Shown piece after piece: positions 8,451-18,342 of a DNA stretch of 64,000 nt; the first letter of the stretch is position 1; each line of letters opens with the position of its first letter. A program made the position numbers and the translations under genes. The DNA comes from a virus. The stretch lies in the IMG/VR virus record IMGVR_UViG_3300027836_000007, positions 32,001-96,000 of that record. One strand, given 5' to 3'. The notes beneath the pieces are model-generated. The model made no database searches and was not told where the DNA came from. It saw nothing but the letters and a program-made list of their open reading frames with translations.

Positions 8451-9461
8451 TTATCTCGCTGTGTTTGTAAATGTAACTTGCTTTGCTGGTGTTACAGTTG
8501 ATATTGTTTGAGTTTCTGGAAACTGAAAGCCTTGTAAACCGTTAAGTGGTGCTGGACTTGGGCTACCGGTTACTTTAGATAAAATATTTGAACTTGTATT
8601 AACATCTTCTTTCTGACGAGTATTTAAGTATGTGTTAGTTTGTTCTACTAATGTATTCAACGTCAATGCGTTGCCTGACGGTGCTGTTTGTTCAGCAAAT
8701 GACGGACTAACTGGCGCAGCGTCAACATTACCAATTATTGAACTAGGTGTTTGATCATAATGCTCTAAACCAAACCCTTCCGGATCGCCGGCAGTTACTA
8801 AACCGCTACCATAGTTTACTGCTTCGTATTGAATAGAAATAGTATTATCGTGTGTAGTGTTTTGGCTGTAACTAACTTTATTGTGATTCCATGAAGAAAT
8901 AATTGGATTAATTAATGTATAGCTGACAAATTCGTGCCGGGCCATTTGGTATATTGTAATATAATTAAAGAAGGGCGTTGTACTACCGTTGTCTAAACCG
9001 TAAGGGTTATTGACGTAGTTGGAGTTTTTCATCGCAGTTCTTTTATAGGCGCCTGGATTACCGCTACTGGATGGATCAGCATAATAGTAGCTATAATAAT
9101 TTTGCCATAGTTGATTGACCAAACCCATGTTATCATCATGGAACGTCATGTTAATAGCGTTATATTTGTGCGTAGTTTGTACGTTTTTCTTTCTATTGTA
9201 TTGATTTAATGTTTCAACAGCAACCGTATAGTTAGGTAAATCTGTATCTTTAACCATTACATTGATTTCGTTTCTATGACGTTGAACTAGACTAATATCT
9301 CGTAACGCCGCAGGATTAATATTAAATGCCACGTGAAATAAGAACTTGTGCTTGGGCGCAAGTCTAAATTGGTCGTCTGTAAACACACGAGCCGCGTGTT
9401 GTTGGTCACGAAGTGTAACGTTGCTAGGACGATATAAAAACGAATTGGGTGTAAAGGCCAT
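8451..9461 (-). CDS. Tail tube-fold protein (gp19/gp54-like paralogue)
   Basis: DLPNYTV..ETLNQYNRK....KYNAINMTFHDD and NPIISSW..KVSY motifs resemble tube-fold proteins. Lies next to the tail tube gene. Confidence 0.55.
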   Translation of the reverse strand: MAFTPNSFLYRPSNVTLRDQQHAARVFTDDQFRLAPKHKFLFHVAFNINPAALRDISLVQRHRNEINVMVKDTDLPNYTVAVETLNQYNRKKNVQTTHKYNAINMTFHDDNMGLVNQLWQNYYSYYYADPSSSGNPGAYKRTAMKNSNYVNNPYGLDNGSTTPFFNYITIYQMARHEFVSYTLINPIISSWNHNKVSYSQNTTHDNTISIQYEAVNYGSGLVTAGDPEGFGLEHYDQTPSSIIGNVDAAPVSPSFAEQTAPSGNALTLNTLVEQTNTYLNTRQKEDVNTSSNILSKVTGSPSPAPLNGLQGFQFPETQTISTVTPAKQVTFTNTAR

Positions 9462-9507
9462 ACTAATATTTATTCAATATATTAACTGCGTACTTAATGA
9501 GTAGCCA

Positions 9508-9530
9508 TAAAAAAGCCCACCTGAGTGGGC
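9508..9530 (-). terminator. Rho-independent terminator after the sheath-tube operon
   Basis: Minus strand gcccac-tcag-gtgggc followed by tttttt. Confidence 0.85.
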
Positions 9531-9537
9531 AATTTTA

Positions 9538-10161
9538 TTAACGTGAACCTGACGCTGTTGCCGCTGTACCTAAACGACGTTGTGTCGGAGCTGCCGATCC
9601 ACCGCTTGTTTGGATACAATTATCTGGTTGAATTGTTAAGTCAATTGTTAAAACATCTTGAGCACCGTAACCTAATGCGTTATACTGTGCTTGACGAATA
9701 TAGCAACCATAACATTCCCATGTTTCAAGAACGTTAGGAGTTTGTGCTCCGTTACCACCGTCTAACATTTCAACACGCATTAAGAACTTGTAGTCGCCGC
9801 CTGAAGCTGCACTTGCTTGTTCAAAGAAGTCGTATTGTTTTTGCATTTGTTCGCCAACTAGCTTGGACACTGAACCGGTTACATCATCACGTAACTTTAC
9901 AGTCATCTCAGCCCATGTTGGACGGCCAGCGTAGTTGATAGTTGAATTGTAAACCATAATTTTCTGGTTATCAAAGCTAACACTTGGTCGGGCCGCGTCT
10001 TGAACTTGTTTTGTTAATTCTGTTGTTGGTGTCGATACGCCAAAGTTTTCAAACATCACTCTAAAGCGATATTTTAACTTTGGCATTAACATACCTTGTG
10101 CACTAGCTGATTGATCCGATGCTAGCGGTACGGTAAATTTTGATAAACTTGCGATTGCCAT
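9538..10161 (-). CDS. gp19: Tail tube protein (gp19-like)
   Basis: Immediately downstream of the sheath gene. YRFRV.F, ARPSV, YAGRPTW..MTV.LRDD, W...GC.......L.Y and TIQPD match the tube pattern. Confidence 0.8.
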   Translation of the reverse strand: MAIASLSKFTVPLASDQSASAQGMLMPKLKYRFRVMFENFGVSTPTTELTKQVQDAARPSVSFDNQKIMVYNSTINYAGRPTWAEMTVKLRDDVTGSVSKLVGEQMQKQYDFFEQASAASGGDYKFLMRVEMLDGGNGAQTPNVLETWECYGCYIRQAQYNALGYGAQDVLTIDLTIQPDNCIQTSGGSAAPTQRRLGTAATASGSR

Positions 10162-10174
10162 GTTATATGCTCCG

Positions 10175-13100
10175 TTATTGTGTTAGGCCAGCAATTTCGC
10201 CAGTATTTTTCAAGCGTAATGGAATGTAAATAAACTCCACTGCTTTTACTGGTTCAATAGCAACGTCTAAATATAGTTCGTTACGATCAATACGTGCTGG
10301 TGTGTTGTTGCTTGTGTCGCAAACTACAATGTAGTCATATAGAGCACGTTGTCCTACTAATTCTAGTAATAGACTTTCTGCCGCACCTTTTAGTTCGTCT
10401 CGTGTAATCTTATCGTTTGGTTCAAACACATATGGCTTGGCCAATAGTGAGAACTGACGACGTAGATAAATTACCAAGCGAGCTACGTTAATACGATCTA
10501 AGCTACTTGCGTTTCTAGCACGAGTATACTGTCCGTAGTTAACAAGCCCTGTGCCTGTAATAAATGTTAATGGGTTAATTTTGCTATCAGCAAGTGTATC
10601 ACGTTGTCCAGTGTTCAATGCTACTGACTGGAATTCACCTTCTGCTGTAATATAACCAACTGCTGTTGCGTTAGTAATACCACCGCGGCGTGTTCCTGCT
10701 GGAGCAAACCATGGATAAGAAACTTGGTCACTTAAAGCAATAGTACGTAACATCATGTGACTTGGAGGAACAACAATGTTGTTACCAAAGTTGTCACTAG
10801 TGTAGCCCCATGGATAGAAAATACCTAAGTATTCGTCTGAGCTTACTAAGCCAGTATCATTATCTTCTACTGCGCCAGCTGTGTTCTTGCCCCAGTTGTT
10901 CAAGCTAGTAGCATCACTAGTTAAACGTGCTGGTGTATCGCCAACTACGAATGCTGTTAAGCCTCTATCGTAGTTTAGACTTACTAACTCACCAATTAAT
11001 TCAGGATATCCTGGGCAAGCAATCAAGTTAAACACACGAGATTCTTCGTCACGAATTTCTTGATTGGCATTAACAAGTGCTTGTAGAGCTTGTACAACAA
11101 CTTTACGTTGTGCTTTACGTCCAAATGTTCCAACGCCATTTTCTTGGTTGCCAGACTCTGTAACCCAACGATGTGGATAGTAGTCAGTCATCAATTCGCC
11201 GTTGTTAAAACGAGCGTTTTCGCCGTTAACATCAACGTAATCACGTACAAATTTCTTAACGTTAAATCCGCTTCTACGCAAGTTCCATAACAACATACCT
11301 GTTGGATATAGTGCTGGATCTGGAGCGTCAAAGTCTAAGAAATTACTGTCTAGTAGTTCAACAATAGTGCTAGATGTTTGAGCAGTAGCAGTACCACCGT
11401 TTATTGCCCAACGAGCATCAGCAAATAAAATGCCGTCTTCTGTTGTTTGGTCAGTAGTGTCTACAGAAACCCATTTTTGTAAACTTACATTAAATTTGTA
11501 AATTGATGGATAGTTTTCAATGTCACTTGTGTCAATCCACAAGTCGCCTTGACGTAATGTTCCGCCATCTGGATTTAGTTTTGGCTTAGTAGCCGCTACC
11601 ATCGGGCCACCTGCCCAAGGCTCTTGACCACTGTTCCATGTATAATTTTGATAGCCAACCCATGTTGTACCGTTGTTAATCATGACATCAACTTCGTCGA
11701 CTAAACTGCTGTACCATAACTGGCCGTCAGCGGCTTCTGTTACCGGAGCAATTGCTGAAGTTGTAATATCTGCGTATGGGCTCCATAAACTAGCAACGTA
11801 CTCGCCTGCTGTTGCGCCTGCGTAAAAGTTTACAGTTGTTGAGCTGTTATTAACATTAAACACGGTAAACAAATCAGTAATAGCAGTACCAGTTGTATCG
11901 TCAAATAATATTTCGCCGCCGTCATTGTGAGTAATTACCACTGCGCCGGTTGTAGTCTTAGATACTGTAATTCTAGAAGTAATCGGCAAGCCGTCCCATG
12001 TAGCATCAGCTAGTTTTGCTGTTAGTGCGGCAATAAAGCCGTCAACTCCAGTTGAACCTGTAAATGATACGCTTAGTGCGTCGGACAATGTATCTTTGCC
12101 TTTTACAGTTTCTTGAATTGTGAATACATTACTTGTAGATGTTGTGAACGATGTAATTACATCAGATGTAATTGTTGTCGAGCCGGCAGATCTACGAGCG
12201 TAAACTTTGAATGTTGCTTCAGAAGCAGTTAATTCTTCGATATTTGACTTGATGTACAATGCGCCCTGTGCTAAATTGATACCGCCGCCTGATGAATCTA
12301 AACCTTTTAAAGCGTAAGCCGAATCTTGATAAATTGGGGCTGTTTTTTCAATCCACGCACCAGTTGCTTCGCTGTATACTTTAACTCTCCAACGCGAACC
12401 TAAGTTAGGCTCAGTTGTTTTAATCCATAAAGAACCAGTCGGATTGCCGTCATTATAAGTGCTTGGACTAATTAGACGTTTAAAGTTTGGTACTACAGTA
12501 TGAGTACTGATTTGTAATGATGGAGCTCTGTATGTGCCAGACGCCATGCCTACTTTAACTAACGCAGAACCTGACAGTACAATACTTACACCAGTTGAAT
12601 ATAATTCTAAACGGTTGTTAATAATTGCAGCAGTAACACCTGGGATTGCTGATGTTGCGTCGCCTTCGCCAGCGTCGCCTAGTTCAGCACCAGTCATGAT
12701 GTCTGTAACTAATGAGCTTAATGTAGTGTGTCCAGTATAAATGTATTCGTCAGTACCATTAATAGTGATAACAAACGCATCGCCTGATGCTAGTGTTGGG
12801 CTTGAAATTGAACCTTGTACCACTGGCCAGCTGGCACGCCATGCTGTTGAACCTACCGCTACCCATGTACCTGCTGGTGTTGCTGTTTTAGCTTTCTTAA
12901 ACCAAAGAGCATAATTGCCTTCGTCTAAAGTAATAGCATAATCGCCTACTGCGCCGATGCTTGCTTTAGGAGATGCTCCGTTGCCGCCGTTGCCAGCTTC
13001 TAATTTACTAGCTTCAGTAATGATTGTTGGGACTTGATTAACAAATGTTTGACCAGTGGTTACAGTTGCTTCTGCGCTGTTCCATTGGAAAATACCAAAT

Positions 13101-13531
13101 TTACTATTAGCAGTATCTAACCAATATTGGCCATCTACTGGTGAGCCAGCTGGTGCTTCGGACTGGGCATCTAATTGATCCAAGTCTAAATTAGCACGAA
13201 TAACATAAGCACGATTGCTTACGCCCAAATAGCTGTATGCTGTTTGTAGTCCGTATTCGTTCTGTTCGCCAGCATGAATAGGATTGTTGTTTGCGTCTGT
13301 TTTAAACGTAGGTGTACCAAACGTATCTGCCAAGTCTTTCTGACTTGTTAGCAAATATGTCTTGCCAGCATTGGCCGCTAGTGTGCCAGTTGCTGTTCCT
13401 GTGTTTGAGCCATTGGCTTTATTTTCAGCCGATGCTACGATGATTAAAGGGGTTGTGCCCGGTGCCGCTGGTGTGTAAAAACTTTCGTCTATTACGGTAA
13501 CTGCTACGCCCGGTGAACTTAATTGAGCCAT
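10175..13531 (-). CDS. gp18: Contractile tail sheath protein (gp18-like, enlarged)
   Basis: N-terminal LSSPGVAVTVIDES. C-terminal PWFAPAG..RG, INP, RINVARL, FEPND..TR, VCD.SNNTP..IDRNEL...VAIEPVKAVEFIYI. Confidence 0.96.
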   Translation of the reverse strand: MAQLSSPGVAVTVIDESFYTPAAPGTTPLIIVASAENKANGSNTGTATGTLAANAGKTYLLTSQKDLADTFGTPTFKTDANNNPIHAGEQNEYGLQTAYSYLGVSNRAYVIRANLDLDQLDAQSEAPAGSPVDGQYWLDTANSKFGIFQWNSAEATVTTGQTFVNQVPTIITEASKLEAGNGGNGASPKASIGAVGDYAITLDEGNYALWFKKAKTATPAGTWVAVGSTAWRASWPVVQGSISSPTLASGDAFVITINGTDEYIYTGHTTLSSLVTDIMTGAELGDAGEGDATSAIPGVTAAIINNRLELYSTGVSIVLSGSALVKVGMASGTYRAPSLQISTHTVVPNFKRLISPSTYNDGNPTGSLWIKTTEPNLGSRWRVKVYSEATGAWIEKTAPIYQDSAYALKGLDSSGGGINLAQGALYIKSNIEELTASEATFKVYARRSAGSTTITSDVITSFTTSTSNVFTIQETVKGKDTLSDALSVSFTGSTGVDGFIAALTAKLADATWDGLPITSRITVSKTTTGAVVITHNDGGEILFDDTTGTAITDLFTVFNVNNSSTTVNFYAGATAGEYVASLWSPYADITTSAIAPVTEAADGQLWYSSLVDEVDVMINNGTTWVGYQNYTWNSGQEPWAGGPMVAATKPKLNPDGGTLRQGDLWIDTSDIENYPSIYKFNVSLQKWVSVDTTDQTTEDGILFADARWAINGGTATAQTSSTIVELLDSNFLDFDAPDPALYPTGMLLWNLRRSGFNVKKFVRDYVDVNGENARFNNGELMTDYYPHRWVTESGNQENGVGTFGRKAQRKVVVQALQALVNANQEIRDEESRVFNLIACPGYPELIGELVSLNYDRGLTAFVVGDTPARLTSDATSLNNWGKNTAGAVEDNDTGLVSSDEYLGIFYPWGYTSDNFGNNIVVPPSHMMLRTIALSDQVSYPWFAPAGTRRGGITNATAVGYITAEGEFQSVALNTGQRDTLADSKINPLTFITGTGLVNYGQYTRARNASSLDRINVARLVIYLRRQFSLLAKPYVFEPNDKITRDELKGAAESLLLELVGQRALYDYIVVCDTSNNTPARIDRNELYLDVAIEPVKAVEFIYIPLRLKNTGEIAGLTQ

Positions 13532-13636
13532 TTGTTGATCTCCAATGAATACGATTCCTACTTGTATTTAGTGGATTTTGGCAATTCGGCCTACATATAC
13601 CGCCGTAAAAAGGTTTCAAAAAGGCTTAAATAAAAT

Positions 13637-13963
13637 ATGAGACCATTATGTAGTTGTGGACGTAGTCCTGTAGCAATTAATTATTATAAAGAAGGCCAAC
13701 CTTTTTATAGAAAGTATTGTGGACCTTGTTTACGCGGTGTAAAAGCACCACGTTGGTCTACTGCTGGCTACAAAATAAAAAACACTTGTGATAAGTGCGG
13801 TTTTAAAAGCCCTTATTCAGAAGTGTTTAATGTGTTTCATGTGGACGGCGATTTAAACAACTGCCGCCACACTAATCTCAAGACTGTATGTTCAAACTGT
13901 CAGCGACTGCTTCATCGTGAAGGCGTGAAGTGGCGTCAAGGTGATCTTGTACCAGACCTTTAA
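13637..13963 (+). CDS. Cys-rich HNH-fold protein (possibly degenerate nuclease)
   Basis: CxC, CxxC and CxxC zinc motifs, plus FHVDGDLNNC...NLKTVCSNC resembling the HHxDG..NN...NL..LCxNCH HNH motif. Confidence 0.7.
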   Translation: MRPLCSCGRSPVAINYYKEGQPFYRKYCGPCLRGVKAPRWSTAGYKIKNTCDKCGFKSPYSEVFNVFHVDGDLNNCRHTNLKTVCSNCQRLLHREGVKWRQGDLVPDL

Positions 13964-14576
13964 CTTGAGCAAACAAGTCATCGATTGATCCATTGTTATC
14001 TAGTATAGCATCAAACTTGGTTCCAACCCATGCTGTTTCGCTAGCATGTATACCAGCTTTTTCAAGTTTGCTACGGCTAGTAGACCATGAAAAATTACCA
14101 ACTTCGCCACGATTAGCATTGATAGCATCTTCGTACCATTCGGGTTCTTCGCCACGGACAACACGTACAACAATGCCGCCTGCTGATTTAATTGATTTAA
14201 TTTCGTTGGGGAAACGACAGTCTGAAATGACTACATCGTCCTTGCTGTTACGCAGTTTGTTTTCCAATGACGCAATCCAAATATCATCGTGAAATCCTCT
14301 ACGGCAAACTTCTGTGCCCCAATATTGTAGTACCCAGCGAGGAGTCAAATTAGGCATGTTCAAGCGTTCTGCCCACCATGGATCTACTTGTTCACGCCAT
14401 TCACGGGCGGATTTTGTGCGCCCTTCTAGCATTGTTCTGTCCCAACCAAATACATTGGCTACCGCATCTTTAAGAGTGTTGGCAAAACTTTCTCGTCGAA
14501 ATTCGTGAAAGTTAGTTAAGTAATCTGCTATTGTATCTTTACCAGAACCAATAAAACCGCATACGCCAATAATCAT
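13878..14576 (-). CDS. gp1: Deoxynucleoside monophosphate kinase (T4 gp1-like)
   Basis: MIIGVCGFIGSGKDT P-loop, SFA..LKD, TPR.VLQ.WGTE, VISDCRF.NE, HASE. Confidence 0.92.
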   Translation of the reverse strand: MIIGVCGFIGSGKDTIADYLTNFHEFRRESFANTLKDAVANVFGWDRTMLEGRTKSAREWREQVDPWWAERLNMPNLTPRWVLQYWGTEVCRRGFHDDIWIASLENKLRNSKDDVVISDCRFPNEIKSIKSAGGIVVRVVRGEEPEWYEDAINANRGEVGNFSWSTSRSKLEKAGIHASETAWVGTKFDAILDNNGSIDDLFAQVKGLVQDHLDATSRLHDEAVADSLNIQS

Positions 14577-14598
14577 AGTAGTCTCCTAATGAACTACT

Positions 14599-14627
14599 AG
14601 TATATAACAGTTTTATTACAAGGTCAA
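14599..14627 (-). promoter_or_regulatory. Sigma70-like early promoter for the dNMP kinase (TTGACC-17 nt-TATACT)
   Basis: Minus strand ttgacc ttgtaataaaactgtta tatact, followed by AGGAG and the ATG. Confidence 0.65.
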
Positions 14628-14635
14628 ACTATTTG

Positions 14636-15427
14636 TTAGCCAATTACAAATGTCATCGGGGTTCCGCCTGACACATATTCAACCAATTCTTTGTCCATTG
14701 CAGCCAATTCTTCTTTGCCGGCTGACAATAATGCTGTGCCGTTAAGGGTAATAGGACTTCCTGGACCAGCGATAGATCCAAACTTGCTACGTGCTTCACC
14801 TAGCATCATTTTAGCTACTGCTAGAGTATAATCTTTCAACCATTGCCCTGAATAAATGTCTTGCAGTAATACAAAATCAGGACGGTAGTTGTGTGTGCGA
14901 ATTAATACTTGTTCGCCTTCAGCAAAAGGACGTTGTAGTATTGTTAGTGTGTGATTACTTTGACGCCATTTAAATTCAATGTATGCGCCAAACATACGTC
15001 CTACTAATTTTTGATATCCGCTAAACAATTCGTATGTTGCTAGTCCACCCATCATACTTCCGCTCAACAAATAGCTGTTGGTATAAGCCAAGTTGAATGG
15101 TTCAAAAAGGGTACCGCCTGCCCCTAACCCACTTCTACTTCCTATTGCTCTTCTAAAAATACTCTGCACTTCTATTACTTCATTGGGCAAGCGGTACTCG
15201 TTTTGATCTTTAATTAATTCTAAAAACATGTAACTTTCTTCTACACTCGCTGAACTACGTTGTCTAAAACGTGCGATAGCACGATCTAAAGCAGTTTCAT
15301 AGTGCTTTGGATCTAGTTCAACTTCGACCATGCCGTCCGCCAGCATTGTACGCACATAATCAAACACTTTATTGCGTTCGATTGTGCTATCTGACAGTCC
15401 GGGATCGGTTGGGTAAGTATCTGACAT
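14636..15427 (-). CDS. gp13: Neck protein (gp13-like)
   Basis: MVEVELD..H, W.KDY.LA.AK...GEARSKF..I.GP...LNG, PMTFVIG terminus. Start moved to MSDTY at 15427, which has a GGAG RBS. Confidence 0.85.
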   Translation of the reverse strand: MSDTYPTDPGLSDSTIERNKVFDYVRTMLADGMVEVELDPKHYETALDRAIARFRQRSSASVEESYMFLELIKDQNEYRLPNEVIEVQSIFRRAIGSRSGLGAGGTLFEPFNLAYTNSYLLSGSMMGGLATYELFSGYQKLVGRMFGAYIEFKWRQSNHTLTILQRPFAEGEQVLIRTHNYRPDFVLLQDIYSGQWLKDYTLAVAKMMLGEARSKFGSIAGPGSPITLNGTALLSAGKEELAAMDKELVEYVSGGTPMTFVIG

Positions 15428-15443
15428 AATAAGTTCTCCACTC

Positions 15444-15465
15444 ATATTTATCTTACGATAAATAT
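15444..15465. promoter_or_regulatory. Back-to-back late promoters (GATAAATA on each strand) between divergent gp13 and gp14
   Basis: atatttatc-ttac-gataaatat, a perfect 9-bp inverted repeat. T4 late consensus is TATAAATA. Confidence 0.7.
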
Positions 15466-15469
15466 CACT

Positions 15470-16882
15470 ATGCCAAGAATATCATTATACCGACCAGAAA
15501 AAAGCAACGATTACAAGTTCATTGACCGCCAAGTTTCAGAGATGTTTCAAGCGGGTGGAACTGACGTTTATATACACAAATACCTGGGCCCTAAGCTGGC
15601 TACAGAGGGTACTGCTGACCAACCTATCTATAATGCGGTTAAAGAAACTAACATTCAAGATTTGCTGTTCTTAGAAAACCGCGATAGAAAATACGCTGAA
15701 GAAATTTACCGTATTCGTGGATTATATAATGTACAAAACATAGATTTTAACCTAAGTCAATTTGGTTTGTTTATTGACCAAGGCACATTGTACATGACTG
15801 TACATATTAACGATTTTATCAAACATCTTGGACGTAAACCTATTAGTGGTGATGTTATCGAATTGCCTCATCTACGTGATGATTTTGCTCTTAACGATTA
15901 CGATATCAGTTTGCCACGTTACTATGTTATTGAAGATGTGGGCCGTGCTAGCGAAGGATTTAGTGTTACTTGGTTCCCGCATTTGTACAGATTAAAACTT
16001 AACAAGATTACTGATAGTCAGCAGTTTGCTGACATATTAGACAAGCCTGCTAAAGATGCTAACGGTGATAGTTCTAATCAAACATTGCGCGAATTACTCA
16101 GTACTCACAGTAAAGAGCTGGAAATCAACGATGCTATTTTACAGCAAGCAGAAGCAGACGCTGGACAAAGTGGTTACGAAACTAGACAATTTTATACTCT
16201 AGCAGTTGATCCAACTACTGGCAAGCCAGTGCTTAATACTTCAGACACTTCCACGTTAGACGCTAGTATCACTAGCATTACTGCTCTTGAAAGTAACGCT
16301 CGTCCACAACGTACTGGCTACACTGGCTACTTGGTAGCTGACGGATTTCCTAGCAACGGTTATGACTTTGGACACGGAATTCAATTTCCAGAAAACCCAG
16401 GCCCGGATGATTTCTTCTTGCGTACTGATTACTTGCCTAACAGATTATACAGATTTGACAGCACACGTTGGGTTAAAGTTGAAGATAATGTACGCATGAC
16501 AATGACCAATACTGATACTCGTGCTACGCAGAAAACTGGATTTATTAATAATTCAACTTACATTTATAACGAGGCAGTAGTACAAGATTGGATCCAGCTT
16601 GCTGTTGGTGCCACAACAATTACAACCACTATCGATTATCCGCAGACAGCAGTATATCTAGTGTTGAAATTAGAAACTACAGAAATTGCCTTTACAATAG
16701 CAGACCACACTGGCATTGTTACCGATAACGGGTCTGGTAAAATATTAGTAACATTACCAATTATTGCCGCTGAGCAACAAGCAATTCCTTATGCGGGTAC
16801 ATGGAAATTAAGTCTATGTAATAATCGTGAAGCGCAAAGACAAAGTTTATCGAAAGCTCTTAGACCAAAGGCAGATTTATAA
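15470..16882 (+). CDS. gp14: Neck protein (gp14-like) with C-terminal extension
   Basis: GTDVYIH, QDLLFLE, LSQFGL, P..GDVIELP motifs. Lies between gp13-like and gp15-like genes. Confidence 0.7.
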   Translation: MPRISLYRPEKSNDYKFIDRQVSEMFQAGGTDVYIHKYLGPKLATEGTADQPIYNAVKETNIQDLLFLENRDRKYAEEIYRIRGLYNVQNIDFNLSQFGLFIDQGTLYMTVHINDFIKHLGRKPISGDVIELPHLRDDFALNDYDISLPRYYVIEDVGRASEGFSVTWFPHLYRLKLNKITDSQQFADILDKPAKDANGDSSNQTLRELLSTHSKELEINDAILQQAEADAGQSGYETRQFYTLAVDPTTGKPVLNTSDTSTLDASITSITALESNARPQRTGYTGYLVADGFPSNGYDFGHGIQFPENPGPDDFFLRTDYLPNRLYRFDSTRWVKVEDNVRMTMTNTDTRATQKTGFINNSTYIYNEAVVQDWIQLAVGATTITTTIDYPQTAVYLVLKLETTEIAFTIADHTGIVTDNGSGKILVTLPIIAAEQQAIPYAGTWKLSLCNNREAQRQSLSKALRPKADL

Positions 16883-18342
16883 TGCAACATTTTTACGATG
16901 GACAAATAAGAAGATATCTCACACAAACTATTCGTGTGTTTAGTAATTTTGTTGTCAAATACGGTGATGGAACACTTGTGCGTGTACCTGTTATGTACGG
17001 CGATGCCGATAAACAAGCCGCTACTGTTGTACGTCAAAACTCAGAAAATAAAATTAACTCAGTACCTAAAATTGCTGTTTATATTTCTGGCCTGGCAATG
17101 GACACTACTAGACTAAGCGATTCAACTTATGTAGGTAAGGTACATGTGCGTGAACGTGATATTAACGGTGATGTTTACACTACTGGACAAGGTAAGAATT
17201 ATACTGTTGAACGTATGATGCCTACTCCGTTCAAACTTACAATTAAAGTAGACATATGGACGGCCAACACTGACCAAAAATTACAACTACTTGAACAGAT
17301 TTTAGTGTTGTTTAATCCAAGTTTAGAACTACAAACAACAGACAACTATATCGACTGGACTAGTTTAAGTGTTCTTAACTTAACCGGAGTTAATTGGTCA
17401 AGTAGACAAGTTCCAGTGGGAACAACTGACGCCATTGACATTGCTTCACTGACTCTCGAAACTCCAATTTGGATTAGTCCGCCAGTTAAAGTTAAACACC
17501 TTGGTGTTATTACAAAAATTATTACCAGCTTGTATCAAGGATCTAGCACAGATTCTACCTACATTGACGGATTAGGTCAACCGTTAACAAATCCAGATGT
17601 AACACTGTCTTCATTGTTGGCACAAGATGTTGTCACTATTACAGATTACAACATACAAGTGTACAACGGGCAAGCAATTTTATTAGCAAAAACTGAAAGC
17701 AGTGTTCCTAGAGAACCTACATTAGATATTCCTGTACGTCAAGGTACACCAATTCAATGGCAAGATGTATTCGATGTATATCCTGGCAAATACACTGCCG
17801 GGTCCAGCGCATTGTATCTAACACAGCCTAACGGGGTTGAAGTAGTAGGAACTGTTGCTATCAGCCCGTTAGATCCAACACTACTTACTGTGGCGTGGGA
17901 TAGTGACACTATTCCAAGTGATACACTAATTGATAGCCAAGGACGATTAGATAATCATCCAGACTATGGAGATGGTGTACAACATCGCAGTGGCAGTCCA
18001 GGAACATTTGATGCTATTGTTAATCCGCTTACATATAACCCAGCAACTCCAGATGCTGGTACTAGGTTGCTAATTGTAGAAGATATTGGCAGCGCAAATA
18101 ATAGCGTACCAGCTGCCGCTTGGGGTACGTTAGTTGCTAATGCTAACGATATTATTGAGTGGACTGGCACTGAATGGAATGTAGTGTTTAATTCTGTTCA
18201 AGAAACCAGCACTATGGTGTGGCAAACTAATATATACAAGAGCCAAGCAAACTTTAGAGTACAGTATGTCTGGAATGGCGTACAGTGGGCTAAGAGCTTT
18301 GAAGGCGAATATAGGGTAGGCGAATGGAGACTAGAGCTTTAA
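16882..18342 (+). CDS. gp15: Tail sheath stabiliser/terminator (gp15-like) with C-terminal extension
   Basis: HFYDGQIRRY....FSN, VPVMYG, PTPF.L, QLLEQIL.LFNP, WISPP. Confidence 0.85.
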   Translation: MQHFYDGQIRRYLTQTIRVFSNFVVKYGDGTLVRVPVMYGDADKQAATVVRQNSENKINSVPKIAVYISGLAMDTTRLSDSTYVGKVHVRERDINGDVYTTGQGKNYTVERMMPTPFKLTIKVDIWTANTDQKLQLLEQILVLFNPSLELQTTDNYIDWTSLSVLNLTGVNWSSRQVPVGTTDAIDIASLTLETPIWISPPVKVKHLGVITKIITSLYQGSSTDSTYIDGLGQPLTNPDVTLSSLLAQDVVTITDYNIQVYNGQAILLAKTESSVPREPTLDIPVRQGTPIQWQDVFDVYPGKYTAGSSALYLTQPNGVEVVGTVAISPLDPTLLTVAWDSDTIPSDTLIDSQGRLDNHPDYGDGVQHRSGSPGTFDAIVNPLTYNPATPDAGTRLLIVEDIGSANNSVPAAAWGTLVANANDIIEWTGTEWNVVFNSVQETSTMVWQTNIYKSQANFRVQYVWNGVQWAKSFEGEYRVGEWRLEL

